From Candidatus Obscuribacteraceae bacterium (GTDB lineage: Bacteria; Cyanobacteriota; Vampirovibrionia; Obscuribacterales; Obscuribacteraceae), in assembly GCA_044229845.1 (NCBI GenBank), contig JBGASG010000001.1, positions 576,001 through 640,000 of the forward strand: 64,000 bases of DNA, read 5' to 3'. The notes under the pieces were generated by a model. It was not told where the DNA came from. It did not search any database and saw only the letters and a program-made list of their open reading frames with translations. Within the stretch, counting starts at the first letter, position 1. Every line of letters begins with the position of its first letter. Both the position numbers and the translations under genes were made by a program. Shown piece after piece: positions 8,864 through 17,085 of this stretch.

Positions 8864-9838
8864 ATGACCAGCACGACACATGCAAAACTCATCACTAACT
8901 CGCCGGAAGCGGCAGTCGTCAGCGCTGACTCTGCAAAAGAAACCGCAGCGCCGCGCTTTCAGTTGCAAACGCCGACGCCGTCCCAACTCTTCAACAATCT
9001 GCAACCAGATCTAGAGAAGATAGTGAGAACGGCTCTGACCGAAGATCTTGGACGGGAAGGTGACATCACTGCTGACAGTGTAATACCAGGTGACTTGCAA
9101 GTAACTGCTGAGGTCATCTTCAAAGAGTCCGGTGTTCTAGCCGGGTTGCCGGTTATGCAGCGCGTGTTTGAGATTCTCGATCCAAGCATTCAGTTCATGC
9201 CGCTCGTCGCCGAGGGCACGTACATAGGCGAGAAGGCAGTGCCCATCAAAATCGCGACCCTGAGCGGCGCTGCTCGTTCGGTGCTCAGCGGGGAACGCAC
9301 CGCACTCAATTTGATCCAACGTCTGTCCGGCATTGCCACGATGACATACAGTTTCGTCAAAGTGGCTCGGCCCTTCAAAATCGCTATACTCGACACGCGC
9401 AAGACCACGCCTGGACTGCGCTCTCTCGAGAAGTACGCGGTCAGGGTCGGCGGCGGCGTCAATCATCGCATTGGTTTGTACGACCGCATTCTTATCAAAG
9501 ACAATCATGTGCGCATTGCCGGTGGTGTCAGCGAAGCCCTCGCTCGGGCTCGGCAGACCAGACCCGACGATGTCGTGGAAGTTGAAGTCACTACCCTGGC
9601 AGAAACAGAAGCAGCTGCTTGCGGCGGTGCCGACATCATCATGCTCGATAACATGAGCCCGGACACCATCAAGGAAGCCATTCGCGTCATCGGCGGCAGG
9701 AGTTTTGTGGAGGTTTCTGGCGGCGTCAAATTGAGCAATCTGTCCAATTATCTGATCCAGGGGGTGGATGCCATCTCGGTAGGTGCGCTTACGCACTCTA
9801 TTAAAAGCATCGACATCAGCCTGGAAATAGAGGGCTAG
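8864..9838 (+). CDS. nadC: Nicotinate-nucleotide pyrophosphorylase (quinolinate phosphoribosyltransferase)
   Basis: ALTEDLG...GDIT, ERTALN, DTRKTTPGLR, NHRIGLYD, LIKDNH, EVEV, IMLDNM, SGG. Confidence 0.95.
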   Translation: MTSTTHAKLITNSPEAAVVSADSAKETAAPRFQLQTPTPSQLFNNLQPDLEKIVRTALTEDLGREGDITADSVIPGDLQVTAEVIFKESGVLAGLPVMQRVFEILDPSIQFMPLVAEGTYIGEKAVPIKIATLSGAARSVLSGERTALNLIQRLSGIATMTYSFVKVARPFKIAILDTRKTTPGLRSLEKYAVRVGGGVNHRIGLYDRILIKDNHVRIAGGVSEALARARQTRPDDVVEVEVTTLAETEAAACGGADIIMLDNMSPDTIKEAIRVIGGRSFVEVSGGVKLSNLSNYLIQGVDAISVGALTHSIKSIDISLEIEG

Positions 9839-9842
9839 TGCC

Positions 9843-10820
9843 ATGGCAACCGTATTAACTGAATTCAAAGAAACCGCTCACGAAGCACAATTGGTGTCCG
9901 AGATCTACGAGATGCGCAAGAAGCGCAATGCCGTTATTCTCGCGCACAATTATCAGATTCCCGAGATCCAGGATGTCGCGGATTTTGTCGGCGACTCGCT
10001 GGGACTGTCGCAGCAGGCCGCTAAGACCAGCGGTAAGGTCATCGTTTTCTGCGGCGTGCACTTCATGGCTGAAACTGCAGCCATTCTTTGCCCCGATAAA
10101 CGGGTTTTGATTCCGGATCTCGATGCCGGCTGCTCGCTGGCGGCGTCGATCAATATCGATGAACTGAGAGCCTGGAAAGCTGAGCATCCGGATGCGGTAG
10201 TCGTTTCTTACGTCAACACGACGGCTGACATCAAGGCGGAGACCGACTACTGCTGCACCTCCGGAAATGCGCTGAAGGTCGTGCAGTCAATTCCCGAGGA
10301 CAAAGAAATTCTGTTTCTCCCTGATCAATTCTTAGGCTCCTGGGTCCAGAAGATGACTGGGCGCAAGAATATGCACATCTGGATGGGCGAGTGCCACGTG
10401 CACGCCGCTATCCCGCCGGCGCGCATCGACGAACAGATCAATGCGCACCCGAAGGCGGAATTGCTCATTCACCCCGAATGCGGCTGCCTGACCCCTTATC
10501 TTGACCGGGTCGTACGCCAGAACGGCTGCAGCGCGCTAAAAGTGCGCTCCACCGAAGGCATGATTAACCAGGTTCGTGAATCCAAAGCCAACGAGTTTGT
10601 CGTGGCGACGGAAATCGGAATTTTGCACCGCTTGCAGAAAGAAAACCCCGAAAAGACGTTCCTGCCGATAGACAACGAAATGAGCTGCAAATACATGAAA
10701 ATGATCACTCTTGAGAAATTGCATCGCGCGCTCAAAGATGATGTCTATCACGTGACCGTCCCGGAAGAAACCCGGGTCAAGGCTCTGAAATCCATTGAGC
10801 GCATGATCTCGATTTATTGA
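9843..10820 (+). CDS. nadA: Quinolinate synthase
   Basis: LAHNYQ, FCGVHFMAETA, AGCSLA, YVNT, CTSGNA, GECHVH, HPEC, CKYMK. Confidence 0.96.
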   Translation: MATVLTEFKETAHEAQLVSEIYEMRKKRNAVILAHNYQIPEIQDVADFVGDSLGLSQQAAKTSGKVIVFCGVHFMAETAAILCPDKRVLIPDLDAGCSLAASINIDELRAWKAEHPDAVVVSYVNTTADIKAETDYCCTSGNALKVVQSIPEDKEILFLPDQFLGSWVQKMTGRKNMHIWMGECHVHAAIPPARIDEQINAHPKAELLIHPECGCLTPYLDRVVRQNGCSALKVRSTEGMINQVRESKANEFVVATEIGILHRLQKENPEKTFLPIDNEMSCKYMKMITLEKLHRALKDDVYHVTVPEETRVKALKSIERMISIY

Positions 10821-10852
10821 AGTCCATCTGAGATTGAAGGAGGTAAGTCACC

Positions 10853-12490
10853 ATGGCTTACCCGGCACAAAGCAAAATTGAAACTGAAGTACTCGTCTTG
10901 GGATCGGGCATCGCAGGTCTTCTGGCTGCCTACGAGTTGCAAGCCTCCGGCGCCCGGGTCATCGTAGCCACCAAAGGCAAGTTGGCAGATTCCAACTCGA
11001 CGCTGGCCCAAGGAGGATTAGCGGCTGTGACGCCCAGCAATCCGCTCGATACACCCCAACTGCACCTGGCTGACACGCTTTCCGCTGGTGCGGGACTGTC
11101 GGATGAGCATATCGCTCGCGTCATAGTCAACGATGGGCAGGCGCTGGTTTCTCGACTGCAGGAGTTGGGTGTGATTTTCGATCGCGCCGAGCAGGTTGCG
11201 GGAAGACCTCTGGAATTGGCGCGCGAGGGAGGACACTCTCAGGCGCGTGTGTTGCACAATAAAGATGCCTCCGGCAAAGCTATAACAACCGGACTGATTC
11301 AAGCTCTGCGCAGCGCTCCTCATGCTCAGGTGCTCGAGGACATTTTTGCTCTCGATCTGATTGTCTCGGAGTACGGATGCGAGGGTGCACGGCTGCTGAT
11401 CGGTAGTGAAATGGTGGAAATCCTCGCCGAATACACGATTCTTGCTACCGGAGGACTGGGGCAGATCTTCGCTCGTACCACCAATCCGGCGATTGCCACC
11501 GGTGATGGTATCGCTATGGCATTCCGCGCCGGAGCCAATGTCGTAGATATGGAGTTCGTCCAGTTCCACCCGACGGCGCTTGTCAAAGAAGGAGCGCCGG
11601 CCGCGCTCATATCGGAGGCTGTGCGCGGAGCGGGAGCTCATTTGATTGATAAGAGCGGAGTGCGCTTTGCCTTCAATTATCATGCAGACGGCGAACTGGC
11701 GACCCGTGATGTAGTGGCGCGGGCCATTCTCAACACGATGATCGAGCAGGAACTGCCGCATGTCTGGTTGGATTTGCGTCCGATCGGCGGTGCCAGCATC
11801 GAGCACCAGTTTCCCAACATAGTGAAGAACTGCCGTGCACGCGGCATCGATCCGGTCACCGCACCGGTGCCGGTGGCACCTGCGGCCCACTATTTCATGG
11901 GCGGCATCTGGACGGATGATGTAGGTCAATCAACGGTGCCGCGCTTGTTTGCTATCGGTGAGTGCGCTTCAACAGGGCTGCATGGAGCCAATCGTCTGGC
12001 GAGTAATTCGCTGCTCGAAGGCGGCGTTATGGCGAGGCGCGCGGCTAATAAGATTGCGGGCGAACTGGGCGGGGCGCGTGCGTACGTCAAGTTCCCCGAT
12101 ACGTTTTCGCACCAGAGACAATCGTACCCGACGCCGGAAGACGTCCGCCGTTTCAAGAAAGACATGTTCGAGAACGTTGGGCTGCAACGCGACGGCGATC
12201 ACTTGCAGCGGTTCATCGAAGAATTGACCGACAAGTGTCCGCAAACCCTGGTCACTGAAGACAGACAGGTCGCGGAAGCGGCTAACATGGCCCTCTTGGG
12301 CTGGTTGATTGCGCGCGCGGCCCTCGAGCGCAAGGAATCGCGCGGCGCTCACTGGCGGACCGACTTTTCCTCCGCGAGCGACGATTTCCTGGGACGCTAC
12401 AGCATGTCTAAAGACGGGGCGGAATGGCTGCCGCTGGCACACCCGCAAGTGGTACTACCGGCAGTTCCAACCACGATTGCGCGCCGCTAA
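10853..12490 (+). CDS. nadB: L-aspartate oxidase
   Basis: GSGIAGL, AQGG, EGGHS, LATGG, QFHPT, LISEAVRG, AHYFMGG, GLHGANRLASNSLLEG; GGAGG RBS; operon with nadC and nadA. Confidence 0.95.
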   Translation: MAYPAQSKIETEVLVLGSGIAGLLAAYELQASGARVIVATKGKLADSNSTLAQGGLAAVTPSNPLDTPQLHLADTLSAGAGLSDEHIARVIVNDGQALVSRLQELGVIFDRAEQVAGRPLELAREGGHSQARVLHNKDASGKAITTGLIQALRSAPHAQVLEDIFALDLIVSEYGCEGARLLIGSEMVEILAEYTILATGGLGQIFARTTNPAIATGDGIAMAFRAGANVVDMEFVQFHPTALVKEGAPAALISEAVRGAGAHLIDKSGVRFAFNYHADGELATRDVVARAILNTMIEQELPHVWLDLRPIGGASIEHQFPNIVKNCRARGIDPVTAPVPVAPAAHYFMGGIWTDDVGQSTVPRLFAIGECASTGLHGANRLASNSLLEGGVMARRAANKIAGELGGARAYVKFPDTFSHQRQSYPTPEDVRRFKKDMFENVGLQRDGDHLQRFIEELTDKCPQTLVTEDRQVAEAANMALLGWLIARAALERKESRGAHWRTDFSSASDDFLGRYSMSKDGAEWLPLAHPQVVLPAVPTTIARR

Positions 12491-12516
12491 TCCTCGCGCT
12501 CCCGAGAGGACCGTTG

Positions 12517-13572
12517 TTACTTCGATGTACCAAGTTCTTGAAGCAGCTGAGCAGCTTGCGGATGAGATGTGTTGCTCAGATAATTGATGAAAGCCGGTCT
12601 GGCAAAGGGGCGTTTTTTGATGCTGGAGGCGAGACGCAAAACGGCGGCATCGGCTGACGCAGTAATTTGCGGGTTGTTCTTAGCGTCTGGATGCTTGTGT
12701 GCAATAACGTCTAGCATGTCCAGGGCATCGGCGACCTGCAGGTCGGTTGAATAGCTCAGCTTGGCTATCAAACGCTCCACCAACACCGGATCGTCAATCG
12801 TGTCAAACAGAAACAATGCCTTAGTCAGCTGAGCATTCGGTCCTCGCAATTCGATTGAAGCGGTGATCTCTTTCTGGATGTCTGCCTTCGACCAGCCTGG
12901 CTTAAACAAGGATTGATTGACATCGGACCAGTCTCCACGAGGCAGCGGCAAATAGTTGATTGCTATCTGCGGAACTGGTTCTGTGTGGCTATAAGTCTTG
13001 TCCAGAATTGCTCGTATTGCTCTCTTATCGGGAGCCATGCAAAGTAAGGACGGCAAGTAATAACTGAGCACCGGCGAATTGGCGAATGGACGAAAACGCG
13101 TTTGCGTCTGCAACCAGGACAGTCGTTTTTCGATCGTGGATGGCTGCACTCTGAATTTGATCCACTGCGATTGTGCCAGGACATGAGTTTTATCGCGCGG
13201 ATCGATGACGCTCCAGCGCACCGAGTATTTGCCTGGTGCAGGAAAGGGATGAATAATGTGCAACGGCAGGTGATTGGGACGGGTTTGCCGGCTCGAGATA
13301 GATTCACTTTGATTGGTATCGGTAACAAGAATCGTTTTGTCGCCCTCGCGCAGTTCGATGCGATTCATTCCGAAATCCACTGGATTTGGCGAGAATGGAT
13401 AGTAACAAGTGAACGGCTTCTTCAAATCGGAATCCAGCCACACAGGCAGTCCGCAATAGGCTGGCTGACTGACCATCAGGCGGAAAGACTGGGGTTCTTT
13501 CGCGCAGACAGAGGGAGCTGTTGTAATCCAGAAGATGAAACCTGCCACCAGTGGCAATAGTAATTTGTGCAT
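12517..13572 (-). CDS. Secreted hypothetical protein
   Basis: The ORF track extends to 13728, overlapping the next gene. ATG at 13572 gives a signal peptide MHKLLLPLVAGFIFWITTAPSVCA. Confidence 0.6.
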   Translation of the reverse strand: MHKLLLPLVAGFIFWITTAPSVCAKEPQSFRLMVSQPAYCGLPVWLDSDLKKPFTCYYPFSPNPVDFGMNRIELREGDKTILVTDTNQSESISSRQTRPNHLPLHIIHPFPAPGKYSVRWSVIDPRDKTHVLAQSQWIKFRVQPSTIEKRLSWLQTQTRFRPFANSPVLSYYLPSLLCMAPDKRAIRAILDKTYSHTEPVPQIAINYLPLPRGDWSDVNQSLFKPGWSKADIQKEITASIELRGPNAQLTKALFLFDTIDDPVLVERLIAKLSYSTDLQVADALDMLDVIAHKHPDAKNNPQITASADAAVLRLASSIKKRPFARPAFINYLSNTSHPQAAQLLQELGTSK

Positions 13573-13635
13573 CGGCCATTGACCGTGAAGTATGACTGCA
13601 CCATTATACGAGGTTGAGGAAGAGCAGGTCATCAA

Positions 13636-14625
13636 GTGAAGAAACTTCGGAGTTGGCTGACCACACTTCTGGGCATTGCGATCATTGCCGCCCTGATCAT
13701 GTGGCTGAACTCCGGCGAAGCTCTCCACCTGCTCTCTCGCGCGGACTGGGCATTACTGGTAGTGGCAGTAATTTGCACGACTGCATCGTATCTTTGTATG
13801 AGCATAGCCTACGAGCAGATCAATCGTATTTTCAATGTGGCTGCGTCTACGAAAAGCTTGCTGGCGATTGGCTTCTTATCCACGGCACTGGGTGAGTTCA
13901 TGAGCATGGGCGGACTGAGCATGCATTCGGCACGCCTGGTCTTTCTGAAGAAGGAAGGCGTGCCCTATGCAGATGCACTAGCGGCCTCGCTGTTCAATAC
14001 CTATTTGAATGCAGTGGTGTTGCTATCGCTGGCTCCTTTCGGACTGATGCGCATCTTGCGTGAGCATAAGCTACGTACGTCGGTGGAGACATCTTTGGTA
14101 ACCGGTACGCTGTTGTTGTCCGTGATATTGGTGGCACTGGGATTTGCGATGTTCAAATCAAGCGTGCGCCAGACTTTCATTGCTGCATTCAAGGTCTGGG
14201 CGAACAAGTGCGGTAGACTTGACGGACTTGAGAAGTTTATTCTTTCCTTTGACAATACATTCGATCGCGGTGCCTTGCAGTTTCGCCGGCACCGCAAGCT
14301 GGTCGCCTGGACGATCACCCTCATGGTAGCCGACTGGCTGTTTGCGGCGGCTGCGCTTTGGTTTTGCATGGATGCCCTGGCGGCACCAATTGATCTAGGC
14401 ATTTTGCTTACTGGATTCTGCGCCGGCATGGCGCTGGCGTTCCTTTCTATGATCCCCGGTGGATTGGGTGTGCAGGAAGGATCTATGACGGCGATCTATG
14501 TAGGTTTCGGCGTCGATCCGGAACAGGCTGTGTTGGCAGTGTTGGCTTTTCGACTGGTCTACCAAACGGTGCCTTTCGTGATCAGTTTGCCACTATACAA
14601 AAGACTGATGTCTACCTGGACCTAG
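13636..14625 (+). CDS. Lysylphosphatidylglycerol synthase TM / flippase-like (UPF0104) membrane protein
   Basis: Multi-TM; SMIPGGLGVQEGSM...AVLAFRLV motif. Confidence 0.8.
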   Translation: MKKLRSWLTTLLGIAIIAALIMWLNSGEALHLLSRADWALLVVAVICTTASYLCMSIAYEQINRIFNVAASTKSLLAIGFLSTALGEFMSMGGLSMHSARLVFLKKEGVPYADALAASLFNTYLNAVVLLSLAPFGLMRILREHKLRTSVETSLVTGTLLLSVILVALGFAMFKSSVRQTFIAAFKVWANKCGRLDGLEKFILSFDNTFDRGALQFRRHRKLVAWTITLMVADWLFAAAALWFCMDALAAPIDLGILLTGFCAGMALAFLSMIPGGLGVQEGSMTAIYVGFGVDPEQAVLAVLAFRLVYQTVPFVISLPLYKRLMSTWT

Positions 14626-15086
14626 TCAAATAGACCGTGCAGGCGGCAGCCGAGATCTGGTCGGCATTGTTCTCCCATCGCGGATGCTGCGACGGACCCG
14701 CTGGTCGATAGGTGGAAGGAACTACCCACGGTGGCATGAACAAAGTTTTCGTTGGCTTCGGCGCGGCTCAAAAATGGATCTGTGCACGAACCGTTGCAGA
14801 GCACCATGGTGCAAAACGAAGGATTTTTCAAGTTATACAACCAGCGCTCCGCAATGCCGGATGGCACAAAAAATACCGGGCTGGCGCCAAGTGTAATCTC
14901 CGGCTTGCGGCTGAGGCGCAAGCCGGAGTTCTGTGCTTGCCCCATCATGGAAGCTATCGGGACATCATGGGACTCAGCGCAGCAGTCGGCACACGCGGGA
15001 AGGCCGCCTGGCAGGCAGCAAAAGAGAGCCAGCGCCAACACCCGGAGTTTGACTAGAAGCGGTTTAACCAACTGCACACCGGACAA
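14622..15086 (-). CDS. Possible Cys-rich secreted hypothetical protein (start uncertain)
   Basis: Fills the gap between genes; signal-like VLALALFCCL; 4-nt convergent stop overlap with the flippase gene; no family recognised. Confidence 0.3.
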   Translation of the reverse strand: MSGVQLVKPLLVKLRVLALALFCCLPGGLPACADCCAESHDVPIASMMGQAQNSGLRLSRKPEITLGASPVFFVPSGIAERWLYNLKNPSFCTMVLCNGSCTDPFLSRAEANENFVHATVGSSFHLSTSGSVAASAMGEQCRPDLGCRLHGLFD

Positions 15087-16321
15087 TGGAGCACGCCGAG
15101 TCCGCCGCCGCCGCCAAAACCGGTTCTCGAACGCACCAGCCCGCTGCCAATCGAGATGGCGCTCATTCCTACAGCTGTGGCAGCAGACTGCAGAAATTTT
15201 CTTCGACCCGGATGACTGTTCTGGCTGGCGCCGGAATTTAGCGACCCGCTGTTGGCACTCAATGGTGCTTGCTGTTGGGCAGCGCCGAGACCGGAAAATG
15301 GTGCGTTGTTGACGCTGAGATTGTTCTGATTTGCCGAAGCCGCCAGGTCTGCTTGCTGAGCCTGCCCTTGTAGAAGCGGCGTGCCGTTACTGTTACTGGG
15401 ACTGCCGGCATAGAATGGACCGGACTGATACCCAGCTTGGCGGAAATCCGGAGCGGGAGCGGGAGCGTACGGATCTTGCGAAGCCTGCGGTTGCTCGTAG
15501 CTGAACGATGAAGCTGTTGCCGCCGGTGATTGATCGGCGAATGGTTGGGCGTTGCTGCCGTACTGACCCGGCACGGCGCCGGCAGTATTGCCCAGTTTCT
15601 TCTGCACCGCCACTACAGCTTCCTGGATATCCGCGTCGTTGGGGGCACCTTCCGCAGCGGCCTGGTAGTGAGCCAGTGCGCGTTGCAGATCGCCGGTTTC
15701 TTCGCAGATTACACCCATATTGAAGTGGGCATTGACGTTTTTGGGATCGGCACGGAGAGCGCGGCGGAAAGCCGCTTTCGCCGCTGCGAGATTACCTGAG
15801 TTATGATGCTGCATTCCCAGACGAATATCGTCTTCGACATGCGCCTTCAGTGAATTTTGCGCAGCAGCAGTTTTGCCGGCTGCCGGCGGAGCAGGATGCC
15901 CATTGGTTGCCGCCAGCGGCTTGCTGGTCTTTGCCCGGGCGGCAGCGCTCGGGCGCGGCGTCGCCACCGGATGTGGTGCTATCGATTTAGGCGCCTGAGG
16001 CACAGGCTCGGTAGTCGCGGTTGCCGCCGTCGACGATACATCGACCTTGGGAAGTTCAGGCGGCTTGAAGTTTTGCACGGTAGAGCCGCCGGTCACATCA
16101 GCCAGGTCTTTGACACGTTTGACCAGTGAGCCGGTTCGCACCTGTCCGTGTACCACCTTTTCAAGCGCCGCCACCCGCTCTGCCAGGCTGAGATTGGGCT
16201 GCGCCTTGCCGGTTACTTTTGATTCCAAAAGATTGAGTTGCACATTGAGGTCGGGCGAAGAAGCTAACGCTGCCTGCGCACAGAGGATAAGTGCTGCAAT
16301 AGTGAATGCCTGTTTTCTCAT
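15053..16321 (-). CDS. Secreted TPR protein with low-complexity linkers
   Basis: Signal peptide; LE..V.G...L..RV..LE repeat; TPRs (NAHFNMGVICEETG); C-terminal CPVC. Confidence 0.75.
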   Translation of the reverse strand: MRKQAFTIAALILCAQAALASSPDLNVQLNLLESKVTGKAQPNLSLAERVAALEKVVHGQVRTGSLVKRVKDLADVTGGSTVQNFKPPELPKVDVSSTAATATTEPVPQAPKSIAPHPVATPRPSAAARAKTSKPLAATNGHPAPPAAGKTAAAQNSLKAHVEDDIRLGMQHHNSGNLAAAKAAFRRALRADPKNVNAHFNMGVICEETGDLQRALAHYQAAAEGAPNDADIQEAVVAVQKKLGNTAGAVPGQYGSNAQPFADQSPAATASSFSYEQPQASQDPYAPAPAPDFRQAGYQSGPFYAGSPSNSNGTPLLQGQAQQADLAASANQNNLSVNNAPFSGLGAAQQQAPLSANSGSLNSGASQNSHPGRRKFLQSAATAVGMSAISIGSGLVRSRTGFGGGGGLGVLHCPVCSWLNRF

Positions 16322-16380
16322 TTAGGCTGCATTCGAGTTACTGAATCCCAACATATCACAGAAGACATTACTTAGATCGA

Positions 16381-17085
16381 TCAGGTGCGGGTGTGACTCA
16401 GGCGCCGTGATTGCCAGATTTCCAGAGCCTTCTGGCGTTTCTTCGCGCCTTCTTCTGCCAGCTTCTGCTGGTCTTGCGGAGTGAGCAATTTGTCGAAGAT
16501 GCGGTCGCCGACATTGGCTGCTGCTTTGGGAGTCTTATAGCCCAGTTCGCGGGCTATTTCTGCCCAGCTCTTACCAGCACTCAGTAAATCGAGCAGGCGA
16601 GCTTCTTTCGCCGATATGTCGTCGCGGATGAATACGTGACGCATCATGCTGGCAACAAGGATCACTTCGCCTTTGATGGCCATCTTCAATTCAGCCAGCA
16701 TCTCAGGAACTTCCGAGATGCGGGCTCGCTTGCACAGATAGCCGTCGCAACCGGCTGCCAGGGCGCGCTGCCCGTCGGCGGGCGACTTGGAGTTGGTTAA
16801 AACAATAATGGTCCCGTAAAAGCCACGTTGATGGCGCATCTCTTCCAGAATGCGAATACCGGCCAGCGAACTGACCGACTTGTCGCCGTATGAGTACGGC
16901 AATTGCAGGTCGAGCAAGACGCAGTCTGCATCGTGGAGCTGCGGCGAGCGAATCACCTCGAATGCCTTCTGCTCGCAATTGATGACGTCCATTACCTGCA
17001 GTTCGGGGTCTTGTTCGATGACCCGGCGCAGGATGCTGGAAAAGTCCTCATCGTCTTCGATAATCAAGATTTTGGTGATGGTCAT
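16381..17085 (-). CDS. Response regulator (REC + HTH-like output)
   Basis: KILIIEDD, VLLDLQLP (phospho-Asp), IIVLT, GCDGYLCK; SWAEIARELG HTH. Confidence 0.85.
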   Translation of the reverse strand: MTITKILIIEDDEDFSSILRRVIEQDPELQVMDVINCEQKAFEVIRSPQLHDADCVLLDLQLPYSYGDKSVSSLAGIRILEEMRHQRGFYGTIIVLTNSKSPADGQRALAAGCDGYLCKRARISEVPEMLAELKMAIKGEVILVASMMRHVFIRDDISAKEARLLDLLSAGKSWAEIARELGYKTPKAAANVGDRIFDKLLTPQDQQKLAEEGAKKRQKALEIWQSRRLSHTRT

